The notes beneath the pieces are model-generated. The model did no database searches. It was not told the DNA's origin and worked only from the letters and a program-made list of their open reading frames with translations. This document shows, piece after piece, positions 53,974-64,000 of a stretch of 64,000 nucleotides of DNA. The stretch is taken from assembly GCA_028534125.1 (NCBI GenBank), contig CM052816.1, positions 49,726,001-49,790,000 on the forward strand, written 5' to 3'. Each line of letters begins with the position of its first letter. Position 1 is the first letter of the stretch. A program made the translations under genes and the position numbers. The DNA comes from Lama glama. Lineage: Eukaryota.

Positions 53974-54927
53974 TCCCAGCATATTTTGAGTCATTATAGC
54001 GTCTTGTATTTCTACCCTTCTTTAAGTTAACTATAAAAAGAGATTTATTTATCCTCCTTACAAAATAAGAAGCTTTGGAGGTTCAGGGATTCTGGCCCAC
54101 TGAGGTGTGGTATAATGCAAAATAGATCAGAATTCAGGGGACCTCAGTTTTAGTCTTAGCCCTACCAACAAGTACGGAAATCTTAGGCAGATTCTCAGTT
54201 TCTTTATTTTTTTAAATAAGAAGGTTGGACAAGTAATCTGAAACCTTTTCAGCTCTAATAATCTTATGGTTTTTAAATCATCTGTTATCTCATATATTCT
54301 CAATACAAAGCCTTCACACTCAATTAATATCTGTTGAACTAGATGAATTACAACACTCATCAAATATGAAATACAGTAGGGAATATAAATTCAGAACATT
54401 AATTTCCACACATTTCACAACACTGGGATCAGAAGAAGGCTTTATAGGAAGAAGAGAAATAAATGAGATGCGCTTTATTACAGCTAACCAGGATTTTGGT
54501 ATGTATGAAGGTAAACTAGACGTAAGCTGAACTTTGGTTTAAACATTTTTCTTTAGCTACAAATCTCATCACACACCATTTAGAGCAAATTTGCTCTACA
54601 AACTGTAGCACATGTGGTAATAAACAGATTTACGAGATGACAAAGGTATAGAAGAAGTGCAATTCTTTAGAAAAGCTGTAATTCTAAATGAAAACTCTCA
54701 AGGCTATTGCCACAATTTTAACATTTACTTCTCAAGAGAGCTTCTGCTATTCATATGAATCTTTTCACTTTGTAGAGGCTTCTCAGCCTGGGTCATTTTT
54801 TGATAGATGTTCCATGAGTGTTTAGTGCTGAGGAAAACCTTATTTTCCTCACTTTATTTGAATACCAGCCAGCCATGTTCCTATCCAGGTACTCTTGTTC
54901 TGTTTCTCACTATAAATTGATAATATA

Positions 54928-54967
54928 GGCTAAGGCCATATCACCTTGAACATGCTTGATCCTGTCT
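54928..54967 (+). pseudogene. 5S rRNA 5' fragment (nt 1-40), tailless retropseudogene
   Basis: ggctaaggccatatcaccttgaacatgcttgatcctgtct versus 5S GTCTACGGCCATACCACCCTGAACGCGCCCGATCTCGTCT: 30/40 ungapped by my count, flanked by a 14-bp imperfect direct repeat. Confidence 0.8.
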
Positions 54968-55267
54968 AAATTAAAAATGTACATTATTAATTTCATCGAA
55001 GCCTAATGATTTTCTTCATACCATACTGAGAGTTTTGTTGGGAAAATATGCATTTGGGGACATGAAAATAATTTATTTTTTAATTTCCATTTTAGGAATC
55101 AAATATTTTTATTTAATTGATACCAAGTTCTTATTTGAAACTTTTGAAAAAGGAAATGGGTGACCTATACCTAGAAAAGAAACTTCGTAGTAAATTCTAG
55201 AAAGAAGGTATGGGTCTGTGCTAAAATATTAGCCTACGAACCAAAGTCTAGCATTTCAGTCTGAGCT

Positions 55268-55281
55268 GCGCCACCTGTTGG
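55268..55281 (-). promoter_or_regulatory. Candidate CTCF site
   Basis: Minus strand CCAACAGGTGGCGC matches CCASYAGRKGGCRS at 13/14 and retains a CpG. Confidence 0.45.
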
Positions 55282-55995
55282 GTGGTAATCATACTCATTC
55301 CCCCTTGGAGTAAACGGCTCGTCCCATTTATCCAGCTCTAATGTGCCACTGCATTATTGTAATGTAGGTACTTGTCTCTTGAACTTAGACTTTTCCCTTC
55401 ACGGCTCATATGGCTTCACTCACAAATAGTATTTTCCACTTCTCAGATAATGATGCTTATGAGGCAGTCACTGACTATACCCTGTTAGGTCCCAAGTGTA
55501 CCACATACTGAAATCACTCCTGAGCTCATCAAAGTGACCTAGGTCATTCATCTATATAAGGAGAACAGTTCTGTAATCCCCAGAAGAAGCAAGTCTATGG
55601 TACAGAGATCACTATGCACTCTGTCCTACCTCCTTCTGTTTTTAGCTGCAAATCTTACTATAGCCAAAGAGCAGGACAATCGATTTCTGGTATTGTTTGG
55701 CTATCCAGAGTTCTGTATCTGTTCTTCAGTTAGCCAAAACCCACAGATGCAGAAAAGTAATTTCCTTGGTTGGTTAGTTAGTTAGCTAGTTTTTCTTTGT
55801 TTTCTTTTCTCTTGGCTTCTTCTTAAAGCAGCATTTCATTTCACATTATACCTTATTAGAGAGTCTCTAATTTTTAGTCACAAATGTGATCAAAGACTTT
55901 TCTAAAGTGACCTAACTGTTCTAGACATCTGATGTGGCATTTCCATGCCTTCAGAAGAGTAGTCAAAGTAGCACATTGAAAAATCCTCTTAAAGT

Positions 55996-56111
55996 GGGGA
56001 GGGTATAGCTCAGTGGTAGAGTGCATGCTTAGCATGCAGGACGTCCAGGCTTCAATCCCCAGTACCTCCATTAAAAATAAATAAAATAAACCTAATGACC
56101 TCCCCCCCCAA

Positions 56112-56142
<31 letters not shown>

Positions 56143-56167
56143 GATATCCTTTTAAAAAAGAAAGAAA
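55996..56167 (+). mobile_element. tRNA-derived SINE (camelid vic-1-like) with (AAAT)n tail
   Basis: ggggagggtatagctcagtggtagagtgc...ttcaatccccagtacctcca. TSD gaaaaatcct(c/g)ttaa at 55978 and 56168. Confidence 0.9.
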
Positions 56168-56563
56168 GAAAAATCCTGTTAAGCATAGTGGAGTCAAGAT
56201 TTATTTGAACCAAATGGAGTATCATCATAAAGAGTTGGTAAACAGAGCTGGTGCAATTTTTAGCATTCCAGATTTGGAAGCTTAGAAAGTCACAAACAAG
56301 GTATGTAGGTGTGGCTGATCTTAAGGTTCATCATGTCTATTAAAAGCAAAACAGAGAAACAGAAAAATTCTTTCAAGTTACTATAATATAATGTATGTGA
56401 TATAATATCATTGGATTGCCCAACTTTTCAACCAAATTCAGTACTTTGGCGTTTTGTTGATTCCACTTAAGAGTTATTCCCTGGAAAACAGGTTAGATTT
56501 TCAAAACGTTTTGTGTTCTAGAAGATATATTTTGCATCAGTTGGCTTGGGTTGAACATGAACT

Positions 56564-56697
56564 TTAAACTTCAGTAGGAACATCTGCTTACCCATACCAC
56601 ATTCTTCTTTCTTCACTGCTGTATGCCAGCTTAAACTTCAGTAGGAACATCTGCTTACCCATACCACATTCTTCTTTCTTCACTGCTGTATGCCAGC
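56564..56697. repeat. Perfect 67-bp tandem duplication
   Basis: 56564-56630 is identical to 56631-56697. Confidence 0.97.
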
Positions 56698-57899
56698 CTC
56701 CAGAACTGTGCCTACCATGTGGTTGACATTCAGTAAATAAGTGTTAAGTGAATGAAAGAATTAATGAGCAAGTCAATGATGTATGTATCTCATACATTTC
56801 AACATTTATTCATTTACTATCTAAACAATCACCACCCACTAAGAAATAATCTCTGTGCTTGGCAGAATAATATTCCTGAAGCCTTTTGATAAATTTCAGA
56901 TAGTTCTACTCTTCATGATTAAAGCATTCTTTTTAAAAAATTAAACTATCAGCCATTCCAGCTCTTATTCAACCCTGTTCTAAATCACAAACCATGCTTA
57001 GTACTTCAACTGAGATTTCCTAATAGAATGGTATTGTGTGTAATGAACAGTACACCTTATTGTTTTTAGATTAAAGGTTTAAAATTTAATTTTGAATTTG
57101 CATTAATGCATATTATACTTGTATATGAGGTCTTTTTAAAACGGAAGAAGCACATTTTTTAGCTTCTGTTCCAAGAAATAAAATAAGTCATAATAGGTTA
57201 AAAATTCTTCCCTGAAAGCATGGAAAGGTTTCCTTATTATTTAAAAATTGTATTTTGTAAAGCAATTTAAAACACTTTTTAATTCTTTAAATCTGCCAGC
57301 CGTATGTTCTTTAATTAGGAAGAAACTCTAGTAAGATTGCAAGTGCACATTTTATCTGAACACAGTAAAATCTTCATATAAATGGAAATGTACCTAATAG
57401 ATTTTATATATTCAGTTAGAGTCATATAAAATGAAAGCTATTTGTAGGGTAATAAGCTTGGCTTCTTCAGTCAGGGAAAAAAAAAGATTAAATCGTATCT
57501 GGGAGGATTAGGAATTTCTTTGATTACTTTATCATCCTTTCCAATAGCTTAGGATAGAATAATTATAATTTTAAAATATGCCTTAAACCATGGAGAATAA
57601 CCAGTTGAGAAACTGTGTTTACAGTTACAAATGGAATGTTTTCAATCCAGTGGGAAGCTAGTTTACTCTGCTCAAAATCGGTATAATTTTTTTAAAATAC
57701 AAGCTTTACAAAAGCCTTGGTACAGTCAATGTTAAACAGGCACTATTTCAAATACCATTGGACTGTATTTCTAATGTGAGCATGAATATTTGTTTAAATC
57801 CAAACAGTGTGTTTTATTGAATTGATATTTGTCACTTGAACTCAGAATGAGGTCAGTGTCCTGACCCACGGTGTACCCTGTCTGGTGACAGTCCTACCA

Positions 57900-58135
57900 A
57901 TTGCAGTGGTAGGCATGATGTTAGGATTTCCACAGAAGTTATCTTTGATCTTTACAAAAACTACAAAAAGTTGTCTAATCTTCACTATTTACAAGTCAAA
58001 AAAGAAGCAACAATAACACAGGTTTAGGGAGGTAATTAACTTGCCTAAGATCAGTTAGCTATTTAAGGCCAGAATTACTATTCTAGCCAGTCCAAGTCCA
58101 AGTCTGTCTGACTCCAGATCACATCCTCTACCATC
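57900..58135 (-). mobile_element. MIR SINE
   Basis: ctattttaca...gaggtaattaacttgcctaagatca...agtctgtctgactccaga. Confidence 0.75.
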
Positions 58136-58219
58136 GTCTATCATGCTGGTTCTTAAGGGAACCCTCCCTGTCAGGCCTTGATTTTCCGTTCTGCCTGAAA
58201 AGATGGCTATGAATAATCA

Positions 58220-59097
58220 GTTTATTCAACCAACATTTACTGAAGCACATACCATGTGCTGGGCACCATGCTAAGCACTGGGAGTGGAGGGACCGTGAAG
58301 GTGGACCAAATCCCTGCCCTCATAGAACTTATGCTCTAGTGGAGAGGATGCCAATCAACAAAGAATTTAAATTAATGATAATACCAGGTAGTGCAACATG
58401 CCATAAAGTAAGCTCGCAACAGGCCGTAAGTCGGTATGCGTGTGTTGCGCGAGTGTGTGTGCGTGTGAATGTGGGGTTGCTATTTTAGATAGGATGTTCA
58501 GAGGGGCCACCTCTCTAAAGACTCAAGATTGGAATAGATACTTAAATGATGTGAGGAAGCCAGCCATGCAAAATAAGTACTTGGGGAGAAAGGCAAAAGC
58601 AAGGCCCTAAGGTAGGAATAAACTGGTATATTAGAGAAAACAGAACACTGTGGCCAGAGTGGTGTGAGCAAGTCAGAGACACATGTAGTTGAAGGTGGAG
58701 CCCAGACCATCCAAGGCCACCCACATTGTTTTGTGTGTGATGAGAAATGATTGGAGCTCTTATACCAGGAGGAAGTCATCTGAACTGTGTATGGTTTTAA
58801 AAGATGATATTGGCAACTGTGAAGAGAATTGACTACAGAAGAGCAAGAATAAAAGCACTGAGACCAGTTAGGATCATCTGAGAGCACGGCACAAGATTCA
58901 GGTGAGAAAGGATTTTGAACCTGAGTGACAGCAATAGAGATAAGGAGAGGTGGATGGAGTCAGATTCAGTTTTGAAGGTGGACTTAGGAGATTTGATAGA
59001 ATGAATATAGGGCTTGAGGGCAAAAGAAATCAAGTATGATTTCTAGGTTTGGGGCTGATTACCAAGACAGGGAAGATTAGGAGAAGAGCAGGTTTAG
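58220..59097 (-). mobile_element. LINE-2 3' fragment
   Basis: ttattcaaccaacatttactgaagcac...gtgctgggcac...ccctgccctcatagaactta...gagaccagttagga...ttttgaaggt. Confidence 0.88.
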
Positions 59098-59147
59098 GCT
59101 TTTGTGGGTTTGCAGTGGACAATGATGTAGGTGATTGAAGTATAAAA

Positions 59148-59284
59148 GGGGTGGGCATAGCTCAGTGGTAGAACACGAACTTAGCGTGCACCAGGCCCTC
59201 GGTTCAATCCCCAGTACCTCCGTTAAAACAACAACAGTACTTCAACTAAAAAAAATCCTGTAATGCCCACTGCCCCCCACCAAA
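59148..59284 (+). mobile_element. tRNA-derived SINE (camelid vic-1-like)
   Basis: ggggtgggcatagctcagtggtaga...ggttcaatccccagtacctcc. Perfect TSD gaagtataaa at 59137-59146 and 59285-59294. Confidence 0.9.
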
Positions 59285-61646
59285 GAAGTATAAAGATAAA
59301 GATGATGTGAAATGTCTTTAATGGCAAAGGATATAAAAACTAAAGGTGATGTTACATAAAGCAGTATAGGTAGCATAGAATGCTATGGTTAGGAGGTGTG
59401 GATCTTCCAGGCCCCAGAATTCTCCCTGGGACATCGATGATACTTTCCACACTGAGATGTCACGAAGCCATTTTTATGGGGGCTCGCTGACCCCGTAGCA
59501 CATATTATCCCCACACACACCCTGTTCTGGATACTTTTGTTATGTGCCACCTGCTTCCTGGGGTGGATCTACCTTTGACGGAAGTCCAGGTCAGTTTGCC
59601 CAGAAGCACTCCTGGCTGCCCCAGGCTTCACATGTATCTGAAATTCTCTCCTGTAAGGGTGAATGTGATTGCATGTAAGTGTGAGCTGCCTCTTAGACAT
59701 CCATTTATAAAGCCCCCAATGCTAGTAGGTCTCGGACAAAGTCAGCGCATGAAGAACACAGTAGAACTGGCGATACAATGAGGGATATTATGTGTAAATC
59801 AAAAAGAATAATTAATTGAGATAATGTCTATGCTCTGTAAACCAAGAAGCACAAAACAGTATACAGCATTATTAACATTAAATAACACCTGTGAAACTAG
59901 ACATGAATATCAAAGGAACTGTACCTTACATTTGTAAAGCCAGCTACAGCTACACATTTAAATTTGGAAGGAAATAGAACCTGTACTGAAAAGGTAATCG
60001 AGAAGCTTTAGTAGTACTTTTGAAGGAGAGGGGATTGTAGTCCAGTAAAGAAGACAAAGCTGGAGAAAATGAACTGCCTGAGTAATATGAGTGGAAAGAA
60101 CAAGCCAATTGTTTCAAAGAATGAGATTATGAGTAGAAAGAATGATTGTTATAAAGTCCCCAGGCTGCTAATTAAGAATTGCATATGAGGTGATCACAGG
60201 AAACGTGGAAAGAGGAAGAAACGGGATTGGATGTTAAACTTACAGTTCAAGCACAGCTCAACCAGGTACCTGAAAAAAAGTACTCAGTGAGTTCCTGGCA
60301 GGTGGGGACCTCACCGTTGCAAGTGTGAGTCCCAGCATCTACCGGACTCTTTGAGCCCCAAGTGGTCCATCTGCTAGCTGTGTGACTAGCAGGAGCCATG
60401 TGACCTCACTCAGCTCAGTTTCCACATTTGTGGATTAGCGATCGTTACGCCTGACCTAACACACTTGTTGCCTGTGAAATAGAGAACCTAGCAAAGTACT
60501 CGAGCGTATGCCTGACTTGGTGGAAGTAGGGTGCCATCTGGGCCGGGGCCAGGGCCAGTGCAGTTTAAAAAAAAAAAAAAGACTACGTGCTGCATCTGAC
60601 AGCCATCCTGCCTGGGTTCATGGAAAGTTCTCCTGTCCCATCACCTGTGGTGCTTCTACTGTCTGATGATAGTCACAGTTTTCAGCAGTTACCAGAGACC
60701 TCCCCGTCTCCAGCCATCTAATTCCCCTTCACAAAGTCTCGCTCTTTTACAGAGACTCACTTTGTTGTTTGGCAGCAACCCATGTGTGACAGTGTTTTTC
60801 ACTCTTGACATTTCTCAGTGTCGTTAATCTCCCAAGTTCTTAACTCAAATGTTAGCCTCATTAAATTAAACATTAATCTACCAGGAATTTTGCTTAATAA
60901 CCTGACAATAATGTTAGCATACCCAGATTATTTCAGTAGATCACCATAACACAGATTGATAGTGACTTCAATGTGTTAAAGGTATTTGTTACTCAAAACA
61001 AAGACTTCATAAGACCCAGGGAGTGAAAATGCCATCTCATCATATCGCATGCAGTCTGGATCTTCCAAGCTCAGAAAGAATGCCGGGAGATCCCGTTGGC
61101 CCCATCTGTTCTTGGCCCTATATCAAAATGATCATCAGGTTAATGATTATCACTTCTATGATGTCCCAGTTATGATATTTGTATAATATGAACAAACTCA
61201 AATGGAAATAAGCCTCATTAAGCAGATTTTTATCAAGAAAGGTGGCTATCTTTATTTATTTTTTTATTTTGGGAAAAAATTTAAAGTGAAGTAGAGCAGA
61301 CTGACAACCTGGGTGGGCCCACCACGTTCAGATACATATATTTAACAGTCTCAGAAGCATCTTTTAACATGGGACTCCAAGATACCCTCACTCCCTTTCC
61401 ATTAATAGTCAACTAACTATTCATTATCTTCATTTTTTCACATTCCTCTCACCTCCTCCTCCCTCTTCCACCCCATCACCTCTTTGAAACTACTTTCATT
61501 AAGATCTTATCAGCAATAAAGATTTTACATTTGACATAGAAAATTCCTTCTTGTTGCAGAAATAATACATTATTTTTCTTCCAACCTCTTGACTAATCCT
61601 TTCTGGTATGTTTTGGGGCTATTCATTGTTTCATTTCCTTCAGGTC

Positions 61647-61773
61647 TTTTTTGGAGGGGGGAGGTTAATTGAGTTTAATTATTAATTAATTAACAGAGGT
61701 CTGGGGATTGAACCCAGGACCTCATGCATGCTAACTAAGCACACGCTCTGCCTCTGAGCTGTACTCTGCCCCC
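61647..61773 (-). mobile_element. tRNA-derived SINE (camelid vic-1-like)
   Basis: gaggtctggggattgaacccaggacctcatgcatgcta...ctgagctgtactctgccccc; tail module ggggggaggttaattgagttta resembles the 55996 copy. Confidence 0.88.
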
Positions 61774-61779
61774 TCACAG

Positions 61780-62590
61780 CTATTCTTTCTGTTGCCCACT
61801 ACTCCTTGTGCCTTCTTTGCCATTCAAATTACATGCTTTCCCAGGTGACACAATCCACTCTTAACCCTTTATTAACAACTCTGTTTGATGACTCCCAAAT
61901 TTATAGTTCTAGACCTATATATTCAAGTACTCCTGGATATCAGTTGTTTGTCCTACAGATATTTCAAACTCAGTTATGTTCATCAAGTTGCTTACCTTTT
62001 CTATCCAAATTCAGTCCTTATTTCAGGGACTGGGCCCACCAACCACAAATGCACAAGCCAGAAATCTGGGAGGGCCTGTGACTTCTTCTTTCATACCCAC
62101 CCCCCTCTCAGTCTTCTGTATTCAGTTAGTCGCCAAGGCTGTTTAAACTTTTCATATTCCTGTCCCGCATATGTGGGCAGTTCTTCCCACCCTCATGGCC
62201 ACTGTCTAGTCTAAGTAACCGTCCTTTTTCCTTTAAGTATGATAGGCTCCTAAGTGGTCTCCCTGCTTCATTACTTGCTCTCTGCCAAAAAGTTCTCCAC
62301 ATAACAGCTGAAGGAATCTCACTAAAATACAAAATCCGCCCCTCGATCATTATCTTGTAGAAAGCCCAGCTCCTGAATGTGGCATTATCTGTCATTATCC
62401 AACCTCTGCACGTTTCTCCTGCCTCCCTTCCAGTGACCCCTCCCACTAAACTCTGCCCTCTGGCCATACTAACCAGTATGTGCCTACAGTTACCAGTCCA
62501 GGGTGGCTTCTACCTACCTCCAGCCCTTTGCCAGCGTTGTTTCCTCGGCCTGGAAGGCCTGTTCCCTTGGCTGCTTACAAGGTGTCTTCC
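61780..62590 (+). mobile_element. LINE-2 fragment
   Basis: tgatgactcccaaatttata...ccagaaatctgggag...ctcctaagtggtctccctgcttc...cctggaa. Confidence 0.75.
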
Positions 62591-62594
62591 AGAG

Positions 62595-62756
62595 CAGTGC
62601 TTCCCAAACTTTAATGTGCAGACAAGTCGCCTGGAGATATGGTGAAAATACAGATTTGTTTCAGTGGGTCCAGGCTGGGCACAAGATTCTGTATTTTCAG
62701 CGATTGCTTCTAGATGATGGCCATAGTCTGGCGGGTGACCCTCTGAGTAGGAAGGT
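62595..62756. mobile_element. MER5A-like hAT MITE
   Basis: cagtgcttcccaaactttaatgtgca...cctggaga...gtgaaaatacagatt...agattctgtattt...tgagtag. Confidence 0.8.
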
Positions 62757-64000
62757 TCTAGATCTCCCTTCAGATATCATTCATCCTGGGAAGACTCGCG
62801 TGACCTTTCAAGGTTGGAAAGCTGCTATTATCATAACATGTGGAGCATTCCCACGTATCACGGCACGATGAGCCTGCATCGTTATTGCTTCTTTATTGTA
62901 ATGTTACCACAGTCTGATGGACCCATAGCATCACTCTGGATCCTCTGCAATGTGCCCCTTACTGATAGTGCTCCTTCCATTACTGCTGCTATGTCTGCCT
63001 TTGCTCAAAGAACAAGTAAGGCTTCATCACCTGCAGTGCTGGCTCTCAGCTGGAGAATACTCACATTTTCCATGGGGAGTGCATTTTCTGGCACCATCGG
63101 TGTTTTGTGCCACTCTGACAGCGGTGTCCTCTCTCCTGGTCTGTATTCTTCTACACATTGGCAGAAGAGGAGAGGTACTTGAATTTCCTTTCAGTCAGAG
63201 TAGATCCTGCTTGAATACCAAAGCAGAAAACGTAACTATATTTATCCAGAAATATAGACATCATGAAAGTTCCTGTTCAATACTGTAGTGTGAGATTTCA
63301 CCATTTAATCACTCTGTGTCCAATATTATAGAAAGGTTTGCACTTGTCCAATGGCACTTACATAATACGTTGGCTGACATGCTTGTAGGAACAACTAAAG
63401 TTAATCAGAAATCCCTTGCTCTCTTTTCATCTAGATTATTCATCTCAAAATATCTTCGGATTTACCAGGGATCATTAAATTTGACTACTGAAATGAGAGA
63501 TGCTTAAGATTACTCATAAACAGGTCAGGGGGAAATATGAACATAGTGGCTACACTTTATGCCTCCTAATTGATCAATTACAGAAGCCAAGGTAAATTTA
63601 GGGTACCCATTGCCTTAGCTCATTACGGATAAAAATACCTCTGTCAAGAACATAATCAGACTTGCAGCCTTGCTTACTGGGTGGGAGGGAGAATGAGCCT
63701 TCATAAAAGTTAAAGCATTTTCTGTTCTCAGTTGGAAATTTTGAGCAGGAGAGGAATAGGCAAATGAATAAAACATGGTAATAGAATGCAATAAAGCAGA
63801 AATTGAGACATACCCACTAAGTAAGACCACAGAGAGCATACAAATTTCACTGACCATTAAAACGCCTTGTCAGGCAAGATTATGATATTTTTAATCCCTT
63901 AAGTGATTATGTGATAACTGTTACAGAGTTTGCATTTTATTAAAAATTTTAAGAGTATATGAAAGTGGATTAAAGTTTCAACTTCCTAGATTTGACATTT

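Larger units (their letters stand above)
1..64000 (+). other. EDIL3: EDIL3 transcription unit, partial (introns: 1-14116, 14273-15793, 15939-20129, 20315 to beyond the window)
   Basis: Three in-frame GT-AG exons. I did not find the next expected exon ([21 protein letters not shown]-like) or the preceding exon in the window. Confidence 0.9.

Noticed and set aside
54581..54598. Perfect 18-bp palindrome TAGAGCAAATTTGCTCTA
   Set aside because: Roughly 0.25 or more expected by chance in 64 kb; no supporting context.
55996..56070. tRNA-like sequence with A and B boxes (also at 15680, 59148, 61700)
   Set aside because: A-rich tails, TSDs and multiple diverged copies identify them as SINEs, not tRNA genes.
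56564..56697. Direct repeat considered as CRISPR-like
   Set aside because: Two abutting copies with no spacer, in a mammalian intron.
62379..63288. Several overlapping 88-122 aa ORFs
   Set aside because: They partly overlap L2/MER5 remnants, and I recognise no protein or splice structure on either strand.

Overview
Mammalian (eutherian) genomic DNA, AT-rich and repeat-rich, with no prokaryotic features. The window lies inside the EDIL3 (Del-1) gene on the + strand. It holds three consecutive coding exons (14117-14272, 15794-15938, 20130-20314; exons 7-9 by the human numbering I recall). They encode the C-terminal two thirds of discoidin (F5/8 type C) domain 1 and the start of domain 2. The rest is intron: L1, L2, MIR, L3/CR1, MaLR/ERV LTRs, hAT elements (Charlie1, MER5, MER53), four tRNA-derived SINEs of a type I associate with camelids, microsatellites and a 500-N assembly gap. 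Repeat family names come from recalled consensus sequences, and their boundaries are approximate unless a TSD or TIR is quoted. I see no clear undescribed system. The best leads are: (1) the exon cluster would back-splice into a 486-nt circle with a stop-free frame that rebuilds a chimeric discoidin domain; (2) an antisense SINE places a T36-AG cryptic acceptor 117 nt upstream of an exon; (3) a tailless 5S rRNA retrocopy; (4) a perfect 67-bp tandem duplication; (5) nested transposon insertions.
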